From the IMG/VR virus record IMGVR_UViG_3300045999_008136, positions 1 through 61,769 of that record: a DNA stretch of 61,769 bases; one strand, written 5' to 3'. Under the pieces are notes generated by a model, which worked only from the letters and a program-made list of their open reading frames with translations, was not told where the DNA came from and did no database searches. Positions 1-9,503 of this stretch are shown piece after piece. Positions within the stretch are counted from its first letter, which is position 1; every line of letters starts with the position of its first letter. The DNA comes from a virus (lineage: Duplodnaviria > Caudoviricetes). The position numbers and the translations under genes were made by a program.

Positions 1-1
1 G

Positions 2-124
2 GATCGTTTCGTCTGCCATTTCCTACCCCTTAAACTGCGCCGCCTTCGAGCTTTTTCATGAGCTTGTACATGCGCGCCGCGCCTTTGCGGCGACTTCCGC
101 CGCCGGCATTGCGAACAGCCTTGG
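2..124. repeat. Direct terminal repeat copy 1 (123 bp; circular assembly overlap)
   Basis: Identical to 61646-61768; only the outermost flanking bases differ. Confidence 0.95.
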
Positions 125-2336
125 CAGTAAAGACAAACTCCCCGTCGGAGAGCATAGCTGGAATGTCATCCGAAGTCCCCGTGCCAGGGCCGTTGATTGG
201 GCCGTTTTTGCGCGGGAAATACGTCGGCTGGGGCTGGCCGCCCTTGGCCAAGCGCTGCGGACGGCCGTCCGGTCCGTAAATCAGCGGCACGCCATACAGG
301 CCGGCCACGTTGTAGGGCTGCGCCACGCCGCCGGGGCTTTGCGTGATGCCGCCGGGCATGACCATCCCCGGCCGACCAGTGGGAATGGAGGCATAAGACG
401 GCGTCTCGACGATCGGGTTTCTTGGCGGGTTGGGGGGCACGTAGCCAAGGTCTAGACCACCAGAAAACTTGCTTGGGTTGTCCCGGATGTAGTCGTCACC
501 GGTGTAGTTGCGGTTGAAGGCAGGGTTCTGATTGGCGGGCTCGCCTTTCATTCCGCCAAATGCGGCTGTTGCAGCCAGGCCGGCACCCATCAGCGGGCCG
601 TACTTGCGCAAAAGGCCGGCATCTGCGGGCAGGCCAGGCCGGTCCGGGGAAAGGTACTCGCCGTAGAGGTCCTTGGCCCCGGTGGTCATCCGATCGAGGA
701 AACCTGGAGGCTCTCCTTTGCCGAATTCGGGATCAAGAGCATAGTTCCTCGGATTGGGGGACGGGCCCATCATGTCCGGGCCGGGACCTGCCGCGGCAGC
801 AGGTGCCCCTGGGGCAGCACCTGGCGCTCCTGGGGCCGCTGCGGCGCCTGTAGTCGGCGCCCCAGATGCCGCCCCAATCATGTCGGGGCTCGCCCTAAAG
901 CCATTAAGCCCGAGGCCTGAAGTGGCCCTGGGCGGTGCTAGGCTGTAGTCGATAGGGGCGTCTGGTTTAGCGCCAAAAGTGTAACTGTCAGCGTCAAGAA
1001 AACCGCCTCTCAAGCGGAATCCGGGAGCGGCACGGTCCGAAGCCCCTGCGTTAAAGTCTTCAAAGCCGTAGTTTGCCGGGCTGTAGTTGGCAGCCTTAGC
1101 GGCCAACATATCCTGCGCAGTGCCGGCGGGACCAACAGGGCCCGTGGGCCCTGCTTCGCCAATCGCGCTGGGGCTTCCAAACCTGTCAGTGCCCGTGGCA
1201 GGCGTGCCGCTTCCCCCTTCGGCCTTCAAAATATCTTCCTTGGTCACTCTTCCTTCAGCGATCAGGCCCGAGTTCCGCGCTCCTTGCATGGCGCCCGCTG
1301 TCGCGCCTGACGTCAGGCCCATCCTCAAGGCATCTTGCGTGCTCATGCCGCCCAGTTTGCCGATGCCAGCGGCGATGACGCCAGTGGAAAAGCCCGTGTT
1401 CAGGGCGCTTCCTGCAAGGCCTGGCATGTATTTGCCGACCGCTGCCAGGGGATTGGTGCCCATGATGGTTCCGCCACCGCCAATGTAGCCCATGGCGCCG
1501 GAGATCAAGGCCTCTTTGAGCGAGCCGCCCCCTGCCAGGGTTACAGTACCAGAAGCCAATGCGGCAGTGCCAGCAGGGCCCATGAACGCTCCAATGGCCG
1601 TTGGCCCGAGGACCGTGGCCAACGCAACAGTGGCAATGATCCGCCCGATGGGGCTCTTTGCGATCTTCTTGACCACGTTGGCCACGGACTTGAAGGCTTT
1701 CCCAATGGCCTTGAAAGCCTTCTTTATGAAGAACTCGGGAAGGCCTGTCACAGGGTTGATCGTCCCCGAGCCGCCGCGGCTGCGCAGCAGCTCGGCCTCT
1801 TCCGGGGTGATGTGCGCCAACATGCTGTCGCCGTTTCGGCCCTGAGAGGCCAGGTACGAAGCGACATCTGCAAGACCGCCCTCGGCCATGCCGATCGGTG
1901 CCAGCCCCTCAACGGTGGGGGACATCTGCATGGGCTCCATGGCCCCTTGGCCACGCATCGACTGCATCTCATTGAGCACAATCAAGAGCGTGCCCATGAA
2001 CTCAGGGTCGTACTGGTCGGGCAGGTCCCCCTGCTCAACAATGCCCTCTTGGATCAACTGCTGAAGGACTTGGTCGTACTTGCCGGGGTTCTGGCTGAGG
2101 TACTCCACCACCTCCAAGAGGGTGTCGATCTCCTCTTGGGTCAGTTGCAGATCACCAATGGCTTCCTGGACGACCTGTTTGGAAGCTATTTGGTCCCCGG
2201 GGTTGACCATGCCAAGGGCAGTCTGAGCGGCGTCGTAGGACTCGGCGCTGGTGACTGTGAGCGGCTGCTGGTTTTGGGCCTCTTCGGCCGGCATGTCCAT
2301 GCCGCCAGGCAGGGCCATGATTCCTTCATTTGCCAT
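30..2336 (-). CDS. Putative internal virion / DNA ejection protein (768 aa)
   Basis: Follows tail genes; acidic N-terminus, Gly/Ala-rich hydrophobic middle, GRNGDSMLAHITPEEA...GGSGTINPVTGLPEF module and C-terminal GPGTGTSDDIPAMLSDGEFV motif typical of phage virion proteins. Confidence 0.65.
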   Translation of the reverse strand: MANEGIMALPGGMDMPAEEAQNQQPLTVTSAESYDAAQTALGMVNPGDQIASKQVVQEAIGDLQLTQEEIDTLLEVVEYLSQNPGKYDQVLQQLIQEGIVEQGDLPDQYDPEFMGTLLIVLNEMQSMRGQGAMEPMQMSPTVEGLAPIGMAEGGLADVASYLASQGRNGDSMLAHITPEEAELLRSRGGSGTINPVTGLPEFFIKKAFKAIGKAFKSVANVVKKIAKSPIGRIIATVALATVLGPTAIGAFMGPAGTAALASGTVTLAGGGSLKEALISGAMGYIGGGGTIMGTNPLAAVGKYMPGLAGSALNTGFSTGVIAAGIGKLGGMSTQDALRMGLTSGATAGAMQGARNSGLIAEGRVTKEDILKAEGGSGTPATGTDRFGSPSAIGEAGPTGPVGPAGTAQDMLAAKAANYSPANYGFEDFNAGASDRAAPGFRLRGGFLDADSYTFGAKPDAPIDYSLAPPRATSGLGLNGFRASPDMIGAASGAPTTGAAAAPGAPGAAPGAPAAAAGPGPDMMGPSPNPRNYALDPEFGKGEPPGFLDRMTTGAKDLYGEYLSPDRPGLPADAGLLRKYGPLMGAGLAATAAFGGMKGEPANQNPAFNRNYTGDDYIRDNPSKFSGGLDLGYVPPNPPRNPIVETPSYASIPTGRPGMVMPGGITQSPGGVAQPYNVAGLYGVPLIYGPDGRPQRLAKGGQPQPTYFPRKNGPINGPGTGTSDDIPAMLSDGEFVFTAKAVRNAGGGSRRKGAARMYKLMKKLEGGAV

Positions 2337-2441
2337 GATGGTCCTTTCCGATTTGTGCCAAAGGCCTCAAGGGCCGCGCGCCGGGAAAGGACGCGATGAT
2401 GGCCGAAATTATCCAACAAGAGGGGGCGTTTTGTCCACTCA

Positions 2442-2768
2442 TTACGTGCGGTCCGATTCCAGATACGACAGGTAAAAGTGGGCGCCGGCAAGACTTGACG
2501 TCACCCTCAACACGTCCCCCGCCTCCAAGACGCAGGGAATGCCGTTGAACACGTCAAAAGTCGTGTTGACCGTCAATGCGCGGTCCTTCTGCAGGTAATA
2601 GGTCGTTCCCGTGCCCGTGTGGGTGACGGTGATTGAGGTCACGCCGGCGCCGACGTTTGTCACGCGCAGGGAGCGCACAACGGCGGAGTTCGCCGCCGGC
2701 ACGGTGTAAAGGGCTGTCTCCGTGGAGGCCGCCGGGATGACGAATTTGCGCAGGTACTTGTTTGCCAC
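2442..2768 (-). CDS. Small beta-rich virion structural protein
   Basis: 108-aa ORF in tail module, beta-strand-rich (LYTVPA...LEAGDVLRV). Confidence 0.6.
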   Translation of the reverse strand: MANKYLRKFVIPAASTETALYTVPAANSAVVRSLRVTNVGAGVTSITVTHTGTGTTYYLQKDRALTVNTTFDVFNGIPCVLEAGDVLRVTSSLAGAHFYLSYLESDRT

Positions 2769-2777
2769 GGTTTTCTC

Positions 2778-4190
2778 CTATCGACTGATCTCTTCCCAGT
2801 CCACTGAGCCAAGAACTTGATCTCCGTTGGATGCAGAAGTGCAGGCCAGAGTCAGTTCATATGGGGTGGCCGTAAAAGGTTGGCGTTCAAGCTGGTTGGC
2901 AAACAATGCTTCTTTGAGAATGTCAACGCTGCTTGAGCCTTGGTTTGATCCTTGGAAGAACCCCGTAGCCAAAATACGCCCGCCGGTACTTGAGAAAGCA
3001 GTGCCAGTGATGTTGTATTCCACCGCAGAATTTGTTCCGGCGCTTACCCATGTGCCGCCAGTTGTCGCGCCCTGCACAACAACTTCCCATTTGTAGTTGG
3101 CATTGTTTGTAATCCCAAGGAGGGAAATTGCCGTCAGGATAACAACGGCGTCAAGTCTTGCGGTTTTCAGGCGTATAGACACCACGGGATAAAAGGTGCC
3201 CGCCGTAGTCAATGTTTTTGGTGTGGTAATCGTTGTACCGGCTGATTGCTGTGCTCCAGCAAGCTGATAGCCACCTTCAGAGATCACCGTTGAGCAGACC
3301 TGCTTGAGCGTACTGGCGCTGGCTGTAGCCGCCGTGTTTTCCATCTCATAGCGCAGTGGCAGAGATGCCGTTGTGATGTACGTTGTGGTGACCAGGTTGG
3401 CGTGATCAAAGTTGTGTGCCGGGACAAACGTCCCGTTGATGATGAAGCCAGTACGCACCGTGCCCAAGCCCAGCCATTCCACGTCCATGTACAGAATTTG
3501 AGCTTTGGATGTGTCCAACGTCAGCCCAGACGGGCCGGTGCCGTTAAGGGGGTCCTGGTTCCAGTTGGCCTGCGCTACCCTGGTATTGGTCAAAACGCCC
3601 GTCACACTGCTGCGCTCGACCATGTAGTTGGTGGTGCCGTCGCGCTCAAAGTAGATGCCGTTGGCAGCGCCGTAATAGCCAACACGCTGGCGTAGGCCGG
3701 CTTGGGCGGTGCCCATAACAAACGTGCTCATGACCAGTAGGCTTTTGCCCGGCTGATAGGAAAACACCTTGATGGTTTCGCGGGTGACTTGATCGCCGCT
3801 GGCAGTACCCACGGTCAAGTTGACCAAGCCTTCATTTGCGCTGAACGTGGCGGCAGCGGTGCCGGTGGTGCTGGTTGCCCACAGGTTGTTGTCGGCAAAA
3901 CGGTGGGACGAGTCAAACAGCGTGAACGGGTTGCTGACCCTCAGTCTTCCAAAGGCATCCAGGTTGGTCCCTCCGATAGAGACCGGTACGGGCATTCCGC
4001 TTGTATCCATAAATCCTCCGCCATCTCCATACCACGCGAACGCCGAATCCTTGTCCTCGGTGACCACGGGAGAGTACGTGTTGTTGAGCTGAAAAATGAC
4101 CTGCTCAAGCGAACGCACAAGCTGGTTGAACTGGGCGGCATCGTATTCCAACGATGCGTTGGGTAAGCGGACGTTGTTGATCTTGCTCAT
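2778..4190 (-). CDS. Putative tail/virion structural protein (470 aa)
   Basis: Overlaps stop of upstream gene; Thr/Gly-rich beta protein with DAFGRLRVSNPFTLFDS motif. Confidence 0.6.
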   Translation of the reverse strand: MSKINNVRLPNASLEYDAAQFNQLVRSLEQVIFQLNNTYSPVVTEDKDSAFAWYGDGGGFMDTSGMPVPVSIGGTNLDAFGRLRVSNPFTLFDSSHRFADNNLWATSTTGTAAATFSANEGLVNLTVGTASGDQVTRETIKVFSYQPGKSLLVMSTFVMGTAQAGLRQRVGYYGAANGIYFERDGTTNYMVERSSVTGVLTNTRVAQANWNQDPLNGTGPSGLTLDTSKAQILYMDVEWLGLGTVRTGFIINGTFVPAHNFDHANLVTTTYITTASLPLRYEMENTAATASASTLKQVCSTVISEGGYQLAGAQQSAGTTITTPKTLTTAGTFYPVVSIRLKTARLDAVVILTAISLLGITNNANYKWEVVVQGATTGGTWVSAGTNSAVEYNITGTAFSSTGGRILATGFFQGSNQGSSSVDILKEALFANQLERQPFTATPYELTLACTSASNGDQVLGSVDWEEISR

Positions 4191-6037
4191 CGGAAACCGT
4201 CCGATTGAATGTCAACACGCATTGTTCCGAATCGCCAGAAGCTGTTCAGCTCAGTGCTTTCAATGCGCAACTGCACCTGCCTGCCGCGGGCGCGCGTGCT
4301 GACGAATTCCGTGTCTGGAGCGATGACGTATGGGTCCAGCGAGCTGGCCACAGCAGGGGCCTGTGGGTAGGGCCGCAGGCGCAGGTGCACGGTGAGGTTG
4401 CCGACCTGGCGCTTGAAGTCCGGAATGAACTTCTGCATCAGCACCATGTTGTCACCTTCGCCAATGTCGAAGTACCCTGAGTACACGTATGCGTCAATGG
4501 GCTCACCATTGCCGTTGACACCCTCCTCTTGACTGAACAGCTTGCTGCGGCCAGGCGTGAGGCCGTAGATGGTCGTCAAGGTCGCGGTGGTGGCCGTGCT
4601 GTCGTATTCCGTTGCCAAGGGCTTGTCAAAGGTGCCGATGTCCGTCCAAGCCGTGCGCGCCATGGTGCCGATCGACCAGACGTTCTCAAGGTAGTTGTAC
4701 GTGACAAAGCGGTTGATGTAGTCGCTGCTCAAGGTCGGGTAGTACCACGTCACCTCGTTGAACTGGGTGTTGATGCCCACGTTCACGGACTCTGCCTGGA
4801 CGATGTTCAGGTCCTGGAAGACGTAGTCCTGCACAGTGCAGGCGATCTTCTTAACCGAGCCGTCAAAGACAAAGAAGGCGTCCTTGCTCATCCAGTACGC
4901 CACGCCGTTGACGTCCGCCGCGGCGTGAGGCCCGATGATGCCGCAGTTGGCGCCAAGCTGCTGGAAGCCAAAGGTGTAGGGGGGCCCCAGGTACTGCTGG
5001 CCATGCAGCGACGTGTCCGTCCAGATCAAAATCTGGCCGCGCGAGCGCAGCGCGGAGATGATCTCGTTGCCGTCCGTGAGCCGTTGTCCGCCAGCCGTGT
5101 TGGTGGCAGAGGGCACAAACTGGTTGATGTCCTCTTGGTTGGAGAAGCGGACAAACATCGGGTCCTGGGTGCTTGGGCTGCCGATCGTGGACTCCGTGCC
5201 AAAGCACACCAGGTGGCGGTCCGGCGTTGAGACCAGCGCGAACTTGCTTTTAGTGGGCGCCCCTGCAACGATCGCGGCCCGCGTGCCGAGGCCCCCGTTT
5301 GGACTCCACGAATAGATGGGCCCGTCGATGAGCTGCAGCAGCAGGTCCTGGCCAAAGTTGTCGAACTGCCAGAGCTGGGCAATCAGCGCCAGCGAGGCCG
5401 AGGGAGGCCGTGGTGTGCCCCAGGTGCTCAAGCCCCACGTGCCGGTGCCCCAACCGAAGTCGGCAAAGCTCTTGTCCGCGCCGACGTTTATCTGGAAGGC
5501 CGCTGTTGCCGTGCCGGCCGCTGTTGCCGTTGAGGTCGCCGCGGTCGGCGAGAGGATGGTGAACTCAGTGGAGCTGATGACATTTTGAATCTCAAACTCG
5601 TTTTGAAGGTCCGCGTTCGGGATGCCGCCAGGGTTGCCAGTGACGGCGCTGAAGGTGACAAAGTCCCCGTCTACTGCGCCGTGGCCCGAGCAATTGACGG
5701 TCACGGTGGTCGATCCGTTAACCGTGTCAAACGTGACGGAGTCCGTCTTGCGAATGGGGGTGATATCGGCCCACGTGCCGCCATAGAAGACGTAGACCTT
5801 GCGGTTTGTGCCCAAGGCCGCGTAGGGCGCCCCGTCCAGTGCATTCCACGTGAAGATGTCGCTGACAGAGCCTACGAAGCTGCTAGAGGTTGCGCTGAAA
5901 AGCTCCCAGCCTCCCATCTTCTCAGGTAGGCCGTAGCGAAACCGGACATAGTCGGAGTCCACCCAGCCACCTTCGGCGCCGTACTCAGTGTTTTGCTTGT
6001 CAACACCAGGCTTGAGAAAAAGTCGCAGAAGTGGCAT
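4187..6037 (-). CDS. Tail nozzle / packaged-DNA stabilisation protein (P22 gp10-like position and size)
   Basis: 616 aa, beta-propeller-like composition, C-terminal RARGRQVQLRIES...WRFG...DG.R pattern typical of podovirus nozzle proteins. Confidence 0.7.
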   Translation of the reverse strand: MPLLRLFLKPGVDKQNTEYGAEGGWVDSDYVRFRYGLPEKMGGWELFSATSSSFVGSVSDIFTWNALDGAPYAALGTNRKVYVFYGGTWADITPIRKTDSVTFDTVNGSTTVTVNCSGHGAVDGDFVTFSAVTGNPGGIPNADLQNEFEIQNVISSTEFTILSPTAATSTATAAGTATAAFQINVGADKSFADFGWGTGTWGLSTWGTPRPPSASLALIAQLWQFDNFGQDLLLQLIDGPIYSWSPNGGLGTRAAIVAGAPTKSKFALVSTPDRHLVCFGTESTIGSPSTQDPMFVRFSNQEDINQFVPSATNTAGGQRLTDGNEIISALRSRGQILIWTDTSLHGQQYLGPPYTFGFQQLGANCGIIGPHAAADVNGVAYWMSKDAFFVFDGSVKKIACTVQDYVFQDLNIVQAESVNVGINTQFNEVTWYYPTLSSDYINRFVTYNYLENVWSIGTMARTAWTDIGTFDKPLATEYDSTATTATLTTIYGLTPGRSKLFSQEEGVNGNGEPIDAYVYSGYFDIGEGDNMVLMQKFIPDFKRQVGNLTVHLRLRPYPQAPAVASSLDPYVIAPDTEFVSTRARGRQVQLRIESTELNSFWRFGTMRVDIQSDGFR

Positions 6038-6046
6038 GTGCTTACC

Positions 6047-6487
6047 TTATCGAATTGGGCCGCCCACGAGCCACGCATCGCAAGTGCGGTCGCCAGCACA
6101 CTTGAAGTGGAAGAGCTCGCAGTAGCCCAGATTGGCCGCGCCAATGACGTCATCGGCGTAGCTCTTGTGCTCTCCGGCGTCTTCCTTTTCGATGCCCTGA
6201 GCCATCCACTTGAGCATCTCAGGGGTCTGGATGAAGGCGCCGCAGTTGCCACAGCGGGCCTTCTTGGCCTCGGCCACTGTGGTCTCCCACATGTCGGCCT
6301 TGCCTTGCCAAAAAACACGCGATTCGGACTCTGGGTTAAGCGGGCCGTAGCCGTACTCTTTGATGGCGTTGTTGCGGTTTTTGAGGTTGACGTGGATATC
6401 CACCACAGCCTCAGGAGCGCCTTTTGTGCCCCGCTCATAGGCCTGGCGGATGCCCTGTGCGATCGCGTCCTTTTTGACCGTGGCCAT
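6047..6487 (-). CDS. Cys-motif protein, HiPIP-like (CxxC...GYCELF...CDAW)
   Basis: RCGNCGAF and GYCELFHFKCAGDRTCDAW motifs. Confidence 0.55.
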   Translation of the reverse strand: MATVKKDAIAQGIRQAYERGTKGAPEAVVDIHVNLKNRNNAIKEYGYGPLNPESESRVFWQGKADMWETTVAEAKKARCGNCGAFIQTPEMLKWMAQGIEKEDAGEHKSYADDVIGAANLGYCELFHFKCAGDRTCDAWLVGGPIR

Positions 6488-6489
6488 GG

Positions 6490-6651
6490 TCAGCCCTTAC
6501 GCGCCGCGCGCATGTTGTCGACCAGGTTCGGATAGGGGCGGCCAGCCTTCTTGGCCGCGCTTTTGGCAGCGGCCTTCTTGGCGGGGGTCAGGGCCTTTGG
6601 TTTGCCCAAGCCTTTTGGCCGTTTCTTGTCCCAGACGGGGGTGCTTTTCAT
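6490..6651 (-). CDS. Small basic Lys/Ala-rich protein (53 aa)
   Basis: ATG at 6651 after a GGAG RBS-like sequence; MKSTPVWDKKRPK...PYPNLVDNMRAARKG. Confidence 0.6.
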   Translation of the reverse strand: MKSTPVWDKKRPKGLGKPKALTPAKKAAAKSAAKKAGRPYPNLVDNMRAARKG

Positions 6652-6668
6652 GGGTCGGTCTCCTGTGG

Positions 6669-7187
6669 TCATGAAGATAGGAAAAGGGCGCGTTCGTCCT
6701 TGCGGCGGCGCTCCAGGCCCGGCAACACTTTGCCGCCACCCTTGTTCCAGAGCAAAAAGGCATCTGCCGCACCCTCCCATTCTCCGCGATTTGCTTTGAT
6801 ACGGATAGAGCTGCGCTGGAGGTTTCCTAGCCCAAAATTGAAGGAAATACTGACCAAAGCGTCAAAGCGGCCTTGACGGCTAGCACTGCCGGGAACAAGT
6901 CGAAGAACACCCCGTTCAAAAGACGCGACATCAGCCGCGAATAGTTCGTCGATTTCCTGCTTTGTCCAGACACGGTTGTCCTCCGGCTTGAGCGGCATTT
7001 CCTTGCGGATCATCGGGATATCGGCCTTGGTCTTGCCCTCTGGCCGCATCATAGGGAGCCTGATCTGCTCTTGGTACAGCACATGGCCGTAGCCAATGGT
7101 CCAAATGTGCGCTGGGCACAGGTACGGGCGGGTTCTGTACCCCTCGTACTTGTGCATCAAGTCAGCGCCGACCTTGCTCAGTTTCAC
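6669..7187 (-). CDS. Endolysin, phage lysozyme (GH24)
   Basis: YEGYRTRPYLCPAHIWTIGYG (Glu-8aa-Cys-5aa-Thr triad), FDALVSISFNFG, GLERRRKDERALFL; GTG start overlapping upstream TGA. Confidence 0.93.
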   Translation of the reverse strand: MKLSKVGADLMHKYEGYRTRPYLCPAHIWTIGYGHVLYQEQIRLPMMRPEGKTKADIPMIRKEMPLKPEDNRVWTKQEIDELFAADVASFERGVLRLVPGSASRQGRFDALVSISFNFGLGNLQRSSIRIKANRGEWEGAADAFLLWNKGGGKVLPGLERRRKDERALFLSS

Positions 7188-7687
7188 TTTTTGCTCCAAG
7201 TCCTAGACCCAAACCAAAATCCCAGAATTCCGCCCAACATGGCCATCTCGTCGCTGGAGAAGATCAAGTCGGAGTACTTGACGACATCGTCGATGTTGGT
7301 GATCAGGGTGGGATGGTTCCACAGGTAGACCGCCATGAAGGCGTTGATGAGCACCAGTTCCAACACGAAGATGTACGTCACTGTGGGGCGTACCGTGCCG
7401 ACATAGCTGGCCACCCACTGGCTGGCCTTCTCCAGCACCTTCTCGTCGTGCTTGAGAGCGGCCTCGGTCATCTGCGCTTCGGTCTGCATCATGACCTGGT
7501 CGGTGCGGATTTCTTCGATCTTCTGCTGGGCGGCGTAGCCCTGCGCGGCCAAGGCCAGCTCACGTTCGTTCTGCATCCGGGCAAGGGCCAGCTCATGCTG
7601 CTGGTCAGACTTGTTCTGGAAGTACTCAAGCAGTTTGGGCAGGCCGCTGATCAACAGGCCGCCGAGAGTCGAAATCAGTGAAAGCAT
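7184..7687 (-). CDS. Holin-like membrane protein (3-TM / GTA-holin-like)
   Basis: Immediately upstream of lysozyme; VRPTVTY, two C-terminal TM segments, ILGFWFGSR ending. Confidence 0.7.
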   Translation of the reverse strand: MLSLISTLGGLLISGLPKLLEYFQNKSDQQHELALARMQNERELALAAQGYAAQQKIEEIRTDQVMMQTEAQMTEAALKHDEKVLEKASQWVASYVGTVRPTVTYIFVLELVLINAFMAVYLWNHPTLITNIDDVVKYSDLIFSSDEMAMLGGILGFWFGSRTWSKK

Positions 7688-8301
7688 TACCCACCCCTTT
7701 TAGTTAATATTGCGCTGGCAATCTCCAGCATAAATCGAGTTTGCTCCAGGTTTGCTGGCTGCGTTGCCCAACCGACTGTAACCTGTCCCACGAAGCGATG
7801 CGAGTCCGGTGGGACGCTGACACGACATGTGTACGTCACACCCTTCTCAAGATACCAAAGCCCAACTTCTGACTGGGCGTAACGGTACTCGCCACACGGG
7901 ATTTCGTTGGTCATCAGCTTGACCACGTCCGCGTTATTCGACGAGTTGTGTGTGAACAGGCCGACGTCGATGTCCTCAATCGTCTTGTCTCGCCCGTCCT
8001 TGGTGTAGGCCCTGTAGAGCGTCCGGGAGTTGAACAGGGGATTGACTTTGAAGATTGCCACCACCGTTGCGCCGGTCTGCTTGAAGAGCATCGTTGCTGC
8101 GTCATCGGCCCGGTCTGTTCGTATCTCCGGCAGCTTCTGCGACTCCCTATAGGCGTCGCGGATGAATTCCTGGCTCTCGTACAGGGCGTAGCCCGCAAAC
8201 GCAACCACCGCCATCAGGATCACCGCAAACAGCTTGAACGGTGAGTCCACATACCCCAGAACCTTGTCAAGGGTGGTGTTGGCGTTGAGCTTCTCGGTCA
8301 T
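7687..8301 (-). CDS. Single-TM lysis-module protein, candidate T4 T-like holin
   Basis: N-terminal amphipathic segment, one TM helix and an about 160-aa soluble domain; lies in lysis cassette. Confidence 0.55.
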   Translation of the reverse strand: MTEKLNANTTLDKVLGYVDSPFKLFAVILMAVVAFAGYALYESQEFIRDAYRESQKLPEIRTDRADDAATMLFKQTGATVVAIFKVNPLFNSRTLYRAYTKDGRDKTIEDIDVGLFTHNSSNNADVVKLMTNEIPCGEYRYAQSEVGLWYLEKGVTYTCRVSVPPDSHRFVGQVTVGWATQPANLEQTRFMLEIASAILTKRGG

Positions 8302-8777
8302 ATCTGCCGCTGCCCCAGCTCGACTATGAAGTAGACGGTCAGGCCAAGAACGAACACCGTAGTCAGGGCGGTGATGCCGATCAAGAACATGTCGTCGATT
8401 TCAGCCTGGCGGCGCTTTGCCTCTGCCTTGCGCTTGCCTTCAGCACGCGCCGCATCGGCCTCCATCTGCTTGGCACGGGCGGTGATTCGGACCCACACGT
8501 CCATTTTATTGCTCTGGAAAAAGAGCATCTTGACGGATTCTTCAAATTCCCTGGCCTGCTCCAGAGCAAGCTCAAGCTCCAATGCTTTGCCAAGTGCCGA
8601 CCCCTTAAATCCACCGGTTTTGGCCTTTTCAACGACCTCAATGGCCTGGGCCTTGGCGTCAAAGTACTGACCTAAAACGGGCCCCAATGACTGCACATCC
8701 TGCACAGTCTTGACGGCCTTTTTGACCAGGTTGACCGCAGAAGAGACGGCAGCAAGGGCGGTGATTGGGTCGATCAT
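8298..8777 (-). CDS. Membrane-anchored helical protein (C-terminal TM)
   Basis: Start MIDPITAL at 8777; coiled-coil then hydrophobic C-terminus. Confidence 0.7.
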   Translation of the reverse strand: MIDPITALAAVSSAVNLVKKAVKTVQDVQSLGPVLGQYFDAKAQAIEVVEKAKTGGFKGSALGKALELELALEQAREFEESVKMLFFQSNKMDVWVRITARAKQMEADAARAEGKRKAEAKRRQAEIDDMFLIGITALTTVFVLGLTVYFIVELGQRQI

Positions 8778-8787
8778 GGCTTCCTGA

Positions 8788-9000
8788 TTACATCGTGGCC
8801 CCCGATGCAGCAGGAACCGTCGTGATCTCAATGGCCACCGAACGGGCGAGGTTCAGTGGCTGGCCGCAGTCGGAGCAGGCGTCTGCATCCAACTCGGCCT
8901 GGTCGAGGTCGTAGCCACACGCGCCACAGAGAACCTCTATGGCGTGTGCGGGCTCGATACTGCCGTCAGGCAGCGTCCGCGACGGGTTTTGCAGCTTCAT
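8788..9000 (-). CDS. Small zinc-ribbon protein
   Basis: MKLQNPS start; CGACG and CSDCG pairs. Confidence 0.6.
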   Translation of the reverse strand: MKLQNPSRTLPDGSIEPAHAIEVLCGACGYDLDQAELDADACSDCGQPLNLARSVAIEITTVPAASGATM

Positions 9001-9151
9001 CGGTCTTTGCCATCTCGGGCATCGGGATTTGTGGCTGCACTTCACCGTGAATGGCATTGACCAACTGGAACACTTCGCCGTAGGGGCGCGTACCCAGGTA
9101 GCCCAAGATGCCGTTGATGAGGGGCAGGGACACTTTCACTTCGTCATTCAT
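8966..9151 (-). CDS. Small hypothetical protein (61 aa)
   Basis: ATG preceded by GGAG; MNDEVKVSLPLINGILGYLGTRPYGEV. Confidence 0.65.
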   Translation of the reverse strand: MNDEVKVSLPLINGILGYLGTRPYGEVFQLVNAIHGEVQPQIPMPEMAKTDEAAKPVADAA

Positions 9152-9203
9152 GGATATCTCCAAAGCATCGCTGAGATGGGGCAGCGATGGAACCCCATAC
9201 GCA

Positions 9204-9503
9204 TTATGCCGACCAGGGCAGGCCCTGAGATACGGGCGGATTCTTCTGCATGGCGATGTTCTGCGCCAGTGCAGCTTCAGTGGCATCCTTATCGACCCCC
9301 GATGTCCAGCACCAATCCAGCACCTCTTGCTGCGTGACTTGAGCATATGGAATTGTGGGGGTGCCCGGTGCCCAAGAACAAGTGCTGTAAATGCTTGCGG
9401 TGTAGTCACCATCGACTGCGGTGGCAGTCCAATGGGCTGTGATGATGAAACCTGTTGCGGTTTCGAAGTTTGTATCAGTGATTGTCCAAGTAATGGTGGT
9501 CAT
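9204..9503 (-). CDS. Tail-fibre-associated small protein
   Basis: Coupled to tail fibre stop; VTQQEVLDWCW and terminal GLPW motif common in fibre-adjacent proteins. Confidence 0.65.
   Translation of the reverse strand: MTTITWTITDTNFETATGFIITAHWTATAVDGDYTASIYSTCSWAPGTPTIPYAQVTQQEVLDWCWTSGVDKDATEAALAQNIAMQKNPPVSQGLPWSA

Noticed and set aside
2-124. Biological terminal repeat
   Set aside because: It falls within coding sequence of a continuous operon and has the size of an assembler k-mer overlap; more likely an assembly artefact of circularity
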